Virus record (IMG/VR): IMGVR_UViG_3300010259_000001
Coordinates: 2,040-66,039 of that record
From: a virus
Strand: one strand, 5' to 3'
DNA: 64,000 nucleotides
Under the pieces are notes generated by a model. The model did no database searches. It was not told the DNA's origin and saw only the letters and a list, made by a program, of their open reading frames with translations. Every line of letters begins with the position of its first letter. Within the stretch, counting starts at the first letter, position 1. Shown one piece after another: positions 34,477-42,702 of this stretch. A program made the translations under genes and the position numbers.

Positions 34477-35663
34477 CAATTTTTGAACCGCAGAATGTAG
34501 GCACGATTGCAAAAGTCGCGCCACAGGCTTTCAAGGAGAACAGCGTTTCGCACGACCGCTGCCTCCAGTTCGGACAGGAACTGCTCAACCGCGTAAATAC
34601 AGAGGGTATGTCCGACGAACTCGACCAAGAGATTGCAACATTCATTGAACGTGCGAAGAAGACATTGAAGAAGATGAACGGCAAACGCTCTGCCGTTACG
34701 CAACTCTTTGATAACATCCGTTCGGTCTATACAAAACTGGAAAACGAGGTTGACCCTGCAAAGAAAGGAACGGTTGCAGCACAGTTGCAGGAACACCGCA
34801 ACAAATACGCTGACAAGAAACGTGAGGAATACGAGGCAGAGCAGCGCAGAAAGCAGTTGGAACAGGCTAAGGTGATGGCAAAGAACAAGTATGCTACCGA
34901 TGTCGAAGACGACCTCCTGCGCCAGTTCAATGCGCTTGTTGCTTCTACGTGTAACCGTCTTATCGAACTTGACAAGTCTCTGACACTTGAAAACTATGCC
35001 ATCGTAAACGATGGAGTGAAAAACACCAGCGACCAACTTTCACAGGACTGGTTCAATGCGCTTCGTCCCGAAGTGCTGATGCCCTCAGTTCTCTCGCCCG
35101 AAGACGCGCGTGCCATCGCTGCCGAAGTGAAGCAGAAGATACAGCAGCGTTTCAAGGAACAATTCACTTTTGAGATTTCCACCAACCGCGACGACATTCT
35201 TGACCGTCTGCCATCCAAGCGCAAGGAATTGGAGCGCATTGCCAAAGCCAACAAGGAGGAGGCAGAGCGTATCAAGAAACAGATGGAGGAGCGCGAGCGC
35301 AAGGAAGCCGAACAGCGAGAGAAAGAACGTGTCGAACGTGAGGCAAAGGAGAAAGCTGCTGCCGAACTTGCTGCACAGAAACAGGAAATGGACGGTCTCT
35401 TTGGTGCCGCTGAAATACAGGTCAACCAGTATCAGCCGAAAACATCAGTCAAAAAACGCCTCAACGTACTAAACTCTGAGGGCTTCATGCAGGTAGTTGG
35501 TATGTGGTGGGCGCAACACGGCTGCACACTCTCTGTTGCTGAACTTGAAAAGATTTTCTCAAAGCAACTGACATACTGCAACAAACTGGCTAACGACAAA
35601 GAGCACCCAATCTTTATCCAGTCTGAACATATTGAATACGTGGACGATGTAAAAGCAAAGTAA
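34461..35663 (+). CDS. coiled-coil hypothetical protein
   Basis: Internal ATG at 34461 (MATEITIFEPQ...), 400 aa. Long charged helices (ERIKKQMEERERKEAEQREKERVEREAKEK). Confidence 0.6.
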   Translation: MATEITIFEPQNVGTIAKVAPQAFKENSVSHDRCLQFGQELLNRVNTEGMSDELDQEIATFIERAKKTLKKMNGKRSAVTQLFDNIRSVYTKLENEVDPAKKGTVAAQLQEHRNKYADKKREEYEAEQRRKQLEQAKVMAKNKYATDVEDDLLRQFNALVASTCNRLIELDKSLTLENYAIVNDGVKNTSDQLSQDWFNALRPEVLMPSVLSPEDARAIAAEVKQKIQQRFKEQFTFEISTNRDDILDRLPSKRKELERIAKANKEEAERIKKQMEERERKEAEQREKERVEREAKEKAAAELAAQKQEMDGLFGAAEIQVNQYQPKTSVKKRLNVLNSEGFMQVVGMWWAQHGCTLSVAELEKIFSKQLTYCNKLANDKEHPIFIQSEHIEYVDDVKAK

Positions 35664-35665
35664 CT

Positions 35666-36061
35666 ATGTACGAAAGCGGATATTACCCAGCAGGTGCGGA
35701 GCATGACCCAAACGCTCCGTGGAACCAGTCAGACCCCGAACCAGTATCGCAGGACATCGAGTATTCTTGCACCATGCGTCGCACTGCAACCGTCGAGACT
35801 ACAAACTATGTGCCTGGTACATGGGAAAAAGACGAGGACGGCGTTGGCTATCGTGACGGTGATGATTTCTCCGATACCGATTGGCTGTCCGACTTCAAAG
35901 ATACCTATCGTACACCGAAAGAACTCATTGACCTGCTCAAAGAAACAGCCAAAGAACTTGCCGATGGCAAGATGCCTAACAATCCAAAATCGTTTTGGAA
36001 AAACGTAATGGCTGACTGCGAAAAATGGAGTATCGACGATGAAGAAACAGAAGTGCTTTGA
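35666..36061 (+). CDS. acidic hypothetical protein
   Basis: 131 aa. N-terminal YYPAGAEHDPNAPWNQ motif. Confidence 0.6.
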   Translation: MYESGYYPAGAEHDPNAPWNQSDPEPVSQDIEYSCTMRRTATVETTNYVPGTWEKDEDGVGYRDGDDFSDTDWLSDFKDTYRTPKELIDLLKETAKELADGKMPNNPKSFWKNVMADCEKWSIDDEETEVL

Positions 36062-36063
36062 TT

Positions 36064-36726
36064 ATGATGAATATCCAAGATATAAACTACTACGAGCGAA
36101 GTGAGGTCAGCAACTCTGACCTCACCGAACTCAAAAACCTGCTCCATCCGCGCCTACAGTTTGGCGATAAGGAAGCAGCGTTCCGCTTCGGCTCTCTTGT
36201 CGATGCCATCATCACAGAACCCGACCGCGTGAACTACTACCAGTTCACCGTTGACGATGTTCAGTACACGGAAGACGAGTTCCGTCACGCACAAGAAATG
36301 TACCGTTCGCTTCGTCGGGAGGCTCGCAATGATGCTTTTCTTGCAAAGGTGCTGGAGATTGCGGACACGCAACGCTGTATGGTAAATAAGCAACAGCAGT
36401 TTGAGTATGGTGGGTTTGTTTTCACTCTCGACACTCGCTGCAAGTGGGATTGGTTCCTTGACCTTTTCGGCTTCGGTGGCGACCTCAAAACGACTTTCGC
36501 TTCTACGCAGAAAGAATTTGACGAGGCTGTTGACTTCTTCGACTGGGACAGGAGCCGTGCATGGTACATGGATATTGCGCACTCCGACCGTGATTTCATC
36601 TACGGCATCAGCAAAAAGAACTGCTGCGTGTTCAAGAAGTTCATCAACCGTGATGATGCAATTTACAAGCGCGGACGTGAGAAATATGAAGAACTGGCAT
36701 TCCAGTATTGGTGCCTAAACTTATAG
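36064..36726 (+). CDS. PD-(D/E)XK (RecB/Cas4-like) nuclease candidate
   Basis: FGSLVDAIITEPDR and FGFGGDLKTTFAS fit a D...(D/E)xK core. The ORF-track start at 36058 is TTG; the first ATG is 36064. Confidence 0.55.
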   Translation: MMNIQDINYYERSEVSNSDLTELKNLLHPRLQFGDKEAAFRFGSLVDAIITEPDRVNYYQFTVDDVQYTEDEFRHAQEMYRSLRREARNDAFLAKVLEIADTQRCMVNKQQQFEYGGFVFTLDTRCKWDWFLDLFGFGGDLKTTFASTQKEFDEAVDFFDWDRSRAWYMDIAHSDRDFIYGISKKNCCVFKKFINRDDAIYKRGREKYEELAFQYWCLNL

Positions 36727-36730
36727 TCAG

Positions 36731-38158
36731 ATGGAACTGAAACACAATCTTAAAATAGAACCATATCCATACCAGCGTGAGGGTATCATCTTCGGGCTTG
36801 ACAAACGGAGACTGCTCATCGGTGATGAACCGGGACTTGGTAAGACACTCCAGTCTATTGGCATTGTCGATACGGCTAACGCCTACCCTGCGCTCGTTAT
36901 CTGTCCGTCCTCTCTTAAAATCAACTGGCAGCGTGAGTTTGAGAAGTTCACCAACAAGAAAGCACTTGTACTTGACAACGCTACACGCACGGCATGGCCG
37001 TACTTCCTGCAAATGGGTATGTTCCATGTTGCCATTGTCAATTATGAGAGCCTACGCAAGTATTTCGTTTGGGACATCAATTCTTCAGACCGTCGCTCTT
37101 TCCGCCTCAAAGATGTCGTCTTCAATGATGCCATCAAGGTTTTTCACTCGGTTATCATCGACGAAAGCCACCGTGTCAAAGACCCAAGCGCACAGCAGAC
37201 AATCTTCACACGTGGCATAGTTGAGGGCAAGGACTTCCGTATTCTCCTTTCGGGTACGCCTGTTGTCAATCGTGCAGAAGATTTGGTTTCCCAACTCTCC
37301 ATCATGGGCAGGTTGCAGGAGTTTGGCGGTCGTGGCAAGTTCCTCGCTGACTATGGGGAGAATGATAACCTTGAAGAACTGTCTCAGCAACTCTACCGCC
37401 GCTGCATGATACGCCGTGAAAAGGCAAAGGTGTTGACGCAACTGCCCGACAAGACGCGTACAGACCTCTATGTGGAAATATCCAATCGTGATGAATACGA
37501 ACTTGCAGCGGAAGACCTTGCCGAGTACCTGCGTCAATATAAGGAGTGCTCCGATTGGGAGATACGTCGCAAGATGCGCATGGAGGCTCTTGTCAAGTTC
37601 ATGACACTGCGCTCGCTCTCTGCCAAGGGTAAAGTAAAGCAAGCCATTGACTTTGTTCGCGTCTTCCTTGCATCCGGCAAACCGCTCATCCTGTTCTGCT
37701 CACTCCATGAGATTGTAGATGAACTGTGCAAAGCGTTTCCTGATGCTGTACGCGTCACAGGGCGCGATAACGCCACATCAAAGCAACAAGCCGTTGACAG
37801 TTTTCAAAACGGATATAGCCAGTTGATTGTCTGCTCAATCAAGGCCGCTGGTGTTGGACTGACGCTGACGGCATCATCAAACGTGGCTTTCGTAGAATTT
37901 CCTTGGACTTATGCCGACTGCTGCCAGTGCGAAGACAGAGCGCACCGTATTGGGCAAAAGGACAACGTGACGTGTTACTATCTCATCGGTCGCCATACCA
38001 TCGACCGTGCGCTCTACGACATCATCCACAAGAAAAAGTCCATTGCTAACCAAATCATGGCTGCTGACGATGAGATACCTACCGACGAAATGTATTTCAA
38101 CGAACTGGCTGCTATGATACTCAACCCAGACAATGACGATGGAGATATGCAAGACTGA
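36731..38158 (+). CDS. SNF2-family helicase
   Basis: LIGDEPGLGKTLQSIG, VIIDESHRVKD, LLSGTPVVNRAEDL, AAGVGLTLTASS, CEDRAHRIGQKDNV. Confidence 0.9.
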   Translation: MELKHNLKIEPYPYQREGIIFGLDKRRLLIGDEPGLGKTLQSIGIVDTANAYPALVICPSSLKINWQREFEKFTNKKALVLDNATRTAWPYFLQMGMFHVAIVNYESLRKYFVWDINSSDRRSFRLKDVVFNDAIKVFHSVIIDESHRVKDPSAQQTIFTRGIVEGKDFRILLSGTPVVNRAEDLVSQLSIMGRLQEFGGRGKFLADYGENDNLEELSQQLYRRCMIRREKAKVLTQLPDKTRTDLYVEISNRDEYELAAEDLAEYLRQYKECSDWEIRRKMRMEALVKFMTLRSLSAKGKVKQAIDFVRVFLASGKPLILFCSLHEIVDELCKAFPDAVRVTGRDNATSKQQAVDSFQNGYSQLIVCSIKAAGVGLTLTASSNVAFVEFPWTYADCCQCEDRAHRIGQKDNVTCYYLIGRHTIDRALYDIIHKKKSIANQIMAADDEIPTDEMYFNELAAMILNPDNDDGDMQD

Positions 38159-38312
38159 CATCAAAGCAATCATCGGTTTTCTCGATGATGCGGCAACGCT
38201 CGTTGATGAGGAATGCCAACGGCGAAGCCATCAGAAACGCGGCTACCTGCTGATGCTCAACAAGGCAAGGCTCATGCGACTAATGAAACAGAAACTTGAA
38301 CGTAAATTATAA
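38139..38312 (+). CDS. small hypothetical protein (57 aa, below ORF-track cutoff)
   Basis: Hand translation: MEICKTDIKAIIGFLDDAATLVDEECQRRSHQKRGYLLMLNKARLMRLMKQKLERKL. Fills the SNF2-HU gap and overlaps the SNF2 end by 20 nt. Confidence 0.3.
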   Translation: MEICKTDIKAIIGFLDDAATLVDEECQRRSHQKRGYLLMLNKARLMRLMKQKLERKL

Positions 38313-38332
38313 ACTCTAAAAATTAAAAAGTT

Positions 38333-38632
38333 ATGACAAAAAGGGAAATCGCCAAGGAACTGGCTAATCGTTCCAACCTCACCCCATCACAGGCTACTCA
38401 CGCTGTCGAGGGTATCATCGAGATTATTGCGGACGCACTCGCCAAGGATGAACCAATCCTGCTGCGTGGCTTCGGCACTATCAAGACAGTGCAGCGTGCA
38501 GCCAAGCCAGCACGAAACATCAGCAAAGGCACAACGATGATGCTGCCACCTACCAAGCAAGTGAAATTCATTGCCTACAACGAACTTAAAGAACGTATCA
38601 ACCATCATGGACGTTACGCAATTCTTCCGTAA
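38333..38632 (+). CDS. HU/IHF-family DNA-binding protein
   Basis: 99 aa. ILLRGFGTIKTVQRAAKPARNISKGTTMMLPPTKQVKF matches the HU arm region. Confidence 0.9.
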   Translation: MTKREIAKELANRSNLTPSQATHAVEGIIEIIADALAKDEPILLRGFGTIKTVQRAAKPARNISKGTTMMLPPTKQVKFIAYNELKERINHHGRYAILP

Positions 38633-38957
38633 GGGAAACAACAAGTACCATGCGCAGAAATCGGGTGGCTATGCCTCGCGCAAGGAACACAGACGCGCCA
38701 ACGAATTGCGGCTGATGCAACGTGCTGGGCTTATCTCCAACCTGCGTGAACAGGTTTCCTACGAAATCATACCGGCACATCATGGTGCCGATGGCAAAGT
38801 GCTTGAACGTGCCTGTAACTACATCGCTGATTTTGTCTATACCGACAAGGACGGAAAGACTGTGGTTGAGGACACAAAGGGAATGCGAACTGATGTGTAC
38901 CGCATCAAACGCAAACTGATGTTACATGTTCATGGCATAAGAATTACAGAACGATAA
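38607..38957 (+). CDS. DUF1064-family protein (nuclease-like)
   Basis: NKYHAQKSGGYASRKEHRRANELRLMQRAGLISNL and YIADFVYTDKDGKTVVEDTKGMRTDVYRIKRKL closely follow the DUF1064 pattern. Start taken at the internal ATG 38607. Confidence 0.8.
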   Translation: MDVTQFFRKGNNKYHAQKSGGYASRKEHRRANELRLMQRAGLISNLREQVSYEIIPAHHGADGKVLERACNYIADFVYTDKDGKTVVEDTKGMRTDVYRIKRKLMLHVHGIRITER

Positions 38958-38969
38958 ATACTTGACGAT

Positions 38970-39746
38970 ATGGCTACGCGGCAAATAAAATCTACAAATT
39001 ATTTCTCCCACGATAGTAATGCACGCAACGACGAGAAACTGGTGCGACTGCGCATGAAGCAAGGGGCAGCAGGGTATGGCGTGTATTTCATGATACTGGA
39101 ACGGTTGAGGGAGGAAGCCGACTACATGAGTGCCAAAGATTATAACATGATAGCCTTTGACCTTCGTGTGGATGCAGCCATTGTCAAGTCTGTTGTTGAG
39201 GACTTCGGGCTATTTACCTTTACCGATGATGGTAAGTGTTTCTATTCGGAAAGTTTCACTCGACGTATGGACATCAAGGACACACTGCGCCGTCAGCGTT
39301 CTGAGGGTGGTAAGATTGGTATGAAAAACCGCTGGAAAAAAGAACAGGGGAAACAGGACAAAGAAGTTAAGCCACAACCGAAAGCGGCTTCTGCGCCAAC
39401 TCCAAAACCTGCGCCAACGACACAACCAGCCGACAACCAAGCCTGTCTCAAACGCTTCTTTGGCAAAGAGAACGCCAGTAACCTTGAAGTGTTGCTAATG
39501 AACTTCGGACTGAAACCCGACGACATTACAATGATACGCAAGGTAGCAAAGGAGGTTGTCGCTGAATGGGAGATTTCCAAGAAAGAACATACCGACTACA
39601 CCGACTGGTCTCAACATCTTATCGCCACAATGCGCATTAAGGTTAAAGACAAGCAACAGGCAAAGGGCAAGACCTCCATAGAAACAGAACCGCCATCAAC
39701 TGCAGACTATCAGTATGACGGTGGTTTTGGAAGCAAAGATGTATAA
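38970..39746 (+). CDS. DUF4373 (Lin1244/Lin1753-like) replication initiator candidate
   Basis: NYFSHDSNARNDEKLVRLRMKQGAAGYGVYFMILERL. Confidence 0.7.
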   Translation: MATRQIKSTNYFSHDSNARNDEKLVRLRMKQGAAGYGVYFMILERLREEADYMSAKDYNMIAFDLRVDAAIVKSVVEDFGLFTFTDDGKCFYSESFTRRMDIKDTLRRQRSEGGKIGMKNRWKKEQGKQDKEVKPQPKAASAPTPKPAPTTQPADNQACLKRFFGKENASNLEVLLMNFGLKPDDITMIRKVAKEVVAEWEISKKEHTDYTDWSQHLIATMRIKVKDKQQAKGKTSIETEPPSTADYQYDGGFGSKDV

Positions 39747-40557
39747 CCCTCTAACGACTATGACAATGGAAGATAAACAAATGACAGAGGAGCAAAAGCG
39801 TGAAGCGGAAAAGAAAGCTGCTCTCGCACGGATGCACATCAGTACACTCAATCAATGCGTGGAACGTGCATGGAAAAAGATGCAGCAGGAAAAAGAGAAG
39901 TCACAAGACCTTTCCATCAAGGAAGTATTTGACGCTCATGCCAAAACGCTCATGTGGGTGGCAAACAACGTAGTGTTGGCTCACCAGCGACGCAAGTTTG
40001 TTGTTGACGAAAACAACCGGGACGTGCTACGCTTCTTGCTCTACTACTTCAACGGCTGTTCGCTTGCTGAAGACGTGTTCCCCGGACGTGGCTATAAACT
40101 GCACAAGCACATTATGTTGCAAGGGGCTGTCGGAACTGGTAAGACATTGCTCATGCAAGTGTTCTCCGAATACCTCCACATCACAGAAAACCCGCGTTTC
40201 TTCCATAACCTTTCCGTAACACAGATGGTAAACTACTACACGCTGCATAACAACCTTGACCGTTACACTTTCAATGAGGAGGAAAACAAGGGGTTCAAGT
40301 GCGAGCCTGTAAACATCTGCCTCAACGACATCGGCGTACAATCCACCAAGTTCTACGGCACGGACACCGAAACACTCACTAACGAGTTTCTTCATGCTCG
40401 CAACGAGATTTGGACGCAATACAACAAAATGGCACATCTTACAACCAACCTCACTAACGAGCAACTGAAACAGAAGTACAGGGATGGCTTCGGGCGACTG
40501 CTCGACCGCTTCAAGACCTACAACATCATCCCACTCACAGGGGATAGCCGAAGATAA
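39739..40557 (+). CDS. DnaC/IstB-like AAA+ ATPase (helicase loader candidate)
   Basis: Walker A MLQGAVGTGKTLLMQVF and Walker B-like ICLNDIGVQ. The ATG at 39739 overlaps the upstream stop; an alternative ATG lies at 39715. Confidence 0.7.
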   Translation: MYNPLTTMTMEDKQMTEEQKREAEKKAALARMHISTLNQCVERAWKKMQQEKEKSQDLSIKEVFDAHAKTLMWVANNVVLAHQRRKFVVDENNRDVLRFLLYYFNGCSLAEDVFPGRGYKLHKHIMLQGAVGTGKTLLMQVFSEYLHITENPRFFHNLSVTQMVNYYTLHNNLDRYTFNEEENKGFKCEPVNICLNDIGVQSTKFYGTDTETLTNEFLHARNEIWTQYNKMAHLTTNLTNEQLKQKYRDGFGRLLDRFKTYNIIPLTGDSRR

Positions 40558-40591
40558 TTCACTTATTATTCACCAATAAAATCAAAACAGT

Positions 40592-40852
40592 ATGACAAAA
40601 GATTTCATTCCCGAACTCCAACCGCTGTTCTGCTCTCGCGCTTCACTGCTGCAAGCACAGGACAAGTTGACGAACAATCCCGACACGGATTGTCAAATGC
40701 GCCTACGTTTCGCTGATGGCTCGGAAGTCGCGCTCAAAATCAAGCGTGCCGACATTGAGAACATTATCACGGAACACATCGGCACTATTGAAACCAGCAT
40801 ACACAAAACGATGGACGAGATTGTAACAGAAGAAACAACCCAAAACCAGTAA
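40592..40852 (+). CDS. hypothetical protein
   Basis: 86 aa, ATG verified. Confidence 0.5.
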   Translation: MTKDFIPELQPLFCSRASLLQAQDKLTNNPDTDCQMRLRFADGSEVALKIKRADIENIITEHIGTIETSIHKTMDEIVTEETTQNQ

Positions 40853-40855
40853 GTC

Positions 40856-41293
40856 ATGAACAGTTATTTTGAAGTCGGAGTCCGCTACGACAAGACAATG
40901 GAAGACGGTGTTATCCGCAAGGTAACAGAGAACTACCTTTTGGATGCTCTCTCTTTCACAGAAGCGGAAAAGCGTGCCACTGAGGAAATGGAAGCCTACA
41001 TCAGCGGAGAGTTCAGAGTGGTAACAGAGAAAATTACCAACATCGCAGAGGTGGTTACTACTGACGATGCGTCTGCAGATAAGTTCTACAAAGTTAAGCA
41101 CAGCCTCATCACCATTGACGAGAAAACCGCCAAAGAGAAGAAGCAAGCGCAGTACATCATTATCCAAGCATCCAGTGTTGATGATGCTCGCGACCGCTAT
41201 AAGCAGCATATCAAAGGCTGGCTCGTTGACGTGGTACTGGAGGCTGTCAGCGAAACGAAGTACATGGATTATTTCCCTTATAACAACAATTAA
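40856..41293 (+). CDS. DUF4494-like protein
   Basis: YFEVGVRYDKTMEDGVIRKVTENYLLDALSFTEAEKRATEEM resembles the Bacteroidota DUF4494 N-terminal block (from memory). Confidence 0.55.
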   Translation: MNSYFEVGVRYDKTMEDGVIRKVTENYLLDALSFTEAEKRATEEMEAYISGEFRVVTEKITNIAEVVTTDDASADKFYKVKHSLITIDEKTAKEKKQAQYIIIQASSVDDARDRYKQHIKGWLVDVVLEAVSETKYMDYFPYNNN

Positions 41294-41306
41294 AAATCAA
41301 AAGACA

Positions 41307-41885
41307 ATGAAAAAGTACATTGGAACAAAGGCCATCATGGCTAAGCCGATGGCAAAGAGTGAAGCAGAGAAAGTGTTGAACCGCAGCCTTGCTGACGCAA
41401 AGGGTGGCGAAGACGGCTACCTCGTCGAGTACCCGGACGGCTACAAGTCATGGTCGCCCAAAGAGACGTTTGAGGAGGCTTACAAGGTTGCTGACACATA
41501 CCTCGACCGTATGCGTATTGAGTATGCAGATGTCAAGGATCGCGTTTTGAAACTGCACACGTTCCTGATGTCTGAGGAGTTCAGAGCATTGCCCAAAGAG
41601 AAACAGGCAAAGTTGCAAGCCCAGTGTGGCGCAATGTCCGCCTATGTCGAAATTCTCGGTCAGCGTATCGACGAGGCTAAGATGGAACAGAAACAACAGG
41701 AGGCTGCACAAGCTGCTGCCGCTGCACAGGAGATGCGTGAAAGCCTTGTCGGTCTCACTATCGTAGAGGCTGGTAAGTGTGACTTCTGCCCAAGCGAGAC
41801 AACCAACTGCAAGAAACTTATCCTTGCCGACGGCTCGCACATCTGCGTGAAAGACATGACTAAACAACCCTCTAAAGCACAGTAA
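41307..41885 (+). CDS. hypothetical protein
   Basis: Internal ATG at 41307 (MKKYIGTKAIMAKPM...), 192 aa. Contains GYLVEYPDGYKSWSPKETFEEAY and a C-terminal CDFCPSETTNC...HIC. Confidence 0.6.
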   Translation: MKKYIGTKAIMAKPMAKSEAEKVLNRSLADAKGGEDGYLVEYPDGYKSWSPKETFEEAYKVADTYLDRMRIEYADVKDRVLKLHTFLMSEEFRALPKEKQAKLQAQCGAMSAYVEILGQRIDEAKMEQKQQEAAQAAAAAQEMRESLVGLTIVEAGKCDFCPSETTNCKKLILADGSHICVKDMTKQPSKAQ

Positions 41886-41887
41886 CC

Positions 41888-42508
41888 ATGAGTAAACAAA
41901 TAACTATCCCTGTTCCCGACGGCAAACGTGCCGAGTGGATTAACGGTGTCCTCACTCTTGTTGACGAGCAGAAAGTAGATAACCGTCCTGTAACAGAACG
42001 TATCAAGACGTTTGATGATGCCTGCAATGCGCTGGGCGATGAGCATCCGCTTGTCACACAATACCGTCTTACTGCTGCCGCATACAAAGGCGACCCCATG
42101 ACGGAAGATTTCATTGCCTACCTCAAACTCCGTATCATCGTTGCTGCTCTCAATGAGGGATGGGAACCGAAGTTCACAGAAGATGAGTACAGATACTTCC
42201 CTTGGTTCTACTTCTATACCAAAGAGGAGTGCGACAAGTTAGACGACAAGGAAAAAGGGCGTTGTGTTCTTCGCTCCGGCGACAGCGCGAACTCGGACTA
42301 CGGCTTCGTGGGCTGCGGCGCGATTAACGGTGCTTCGTTCTCGAGTGCCAGCGGCGGCTCGCGGCTTGCCTTCAGAACTCGTGAACTCGCAGCCTACGCA
42401 GGTAGGCAATTCATCGAGGAATGGGCTGACTTTATGTTTAAGCCTCGCACTGGCGAGGAGTTAAACGGAAAGTCAGAAGCAGCGAAAACCACCATCGACT
42501 TCAAATGA
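41888..42508 (+). CDS. DGR target protein 2 (non-structural context)
   Basis: 206 aa. C-terminal GRCVLRSGDSANSDYGFVGCGAINGASFSSASGGSRLAF is the translated VR2. ATGA-coupled to the next gene. Confidence 0.85.
   Translation: MSKQITIPVPDGKRAEWINGVLTLVDEQKVDNRPVTERIKTFDDACNALGDEHPLVTQYRLTAAAYKGDPMTEDFIAYLKLRIIVAALNEGWEPKFTEDEYRYFPWFYFYTKEECDKLDDKEKGRCVLRSGDSANSDYGFVGCGAINGASFSSASGGSRLAFRTRELAAYAGRQFIEEWADFMFKPRTGEELNGKSEAAKTTIDFK
42257..42376 (+). repeat. DGR variable region VR2 plus IMH-like 3' end
   Basis: 42257-42367 aligns without gaps to the reverse complement of TR 55378-55488 (111 nt). There are 18 mismatches, all at TR adenines, and none elsewhere (hand alignment). GGCTCGCGGCTT+GCCTTCAGA is shared with VR1. 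Confidence 0.9.
42392..42407 (+). other. hairpin 15 nt downstream of VR2
   Basis: GCCTAC-gcag-GTAGGC: 6-bp stem, 4-nt loop. Confidence 0.6.
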
Positions 42509-42702
42509 ATAACGGACGCTTACAATTCTTCAACCTTGTAAAGGCTATGCGTGAGGCGCAAAGGGAATACTTCTCTACGCGCTCTCACGAAGCCTTACAA
42601 AAGGCTCGCTCACTTGAACGTAGTGTAGATGCCTACATCAAGCGTGGCGACGATTATCTTAAAAAACAAAATCAAGAACCAACTTTATTCGATAATGACT
42701 GA
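42505..42702 (+). CDS. hypothetical protein
   Basis: 65 aa, helical and charged. Overlaps both neighbours at start and stop. Confidence 0.5.
   Translation: MNNGRLQFFNLVKAMREAQREYFSTRSHEALQKARSLERSVDAYIKRGDDYLKKQNQEPTLFDND

Noticed and set aside
42629-42694. N-terminal extension of the C5-methyltransferase ORF (and similar extensions at 41067..41306, 44343..44381, 34332..34460, 32980..33069)
   Set aside because: The extensions overlap upstream genes. Internal ATGs sit at or near the upstream stops, and the conserved domains begin after them.
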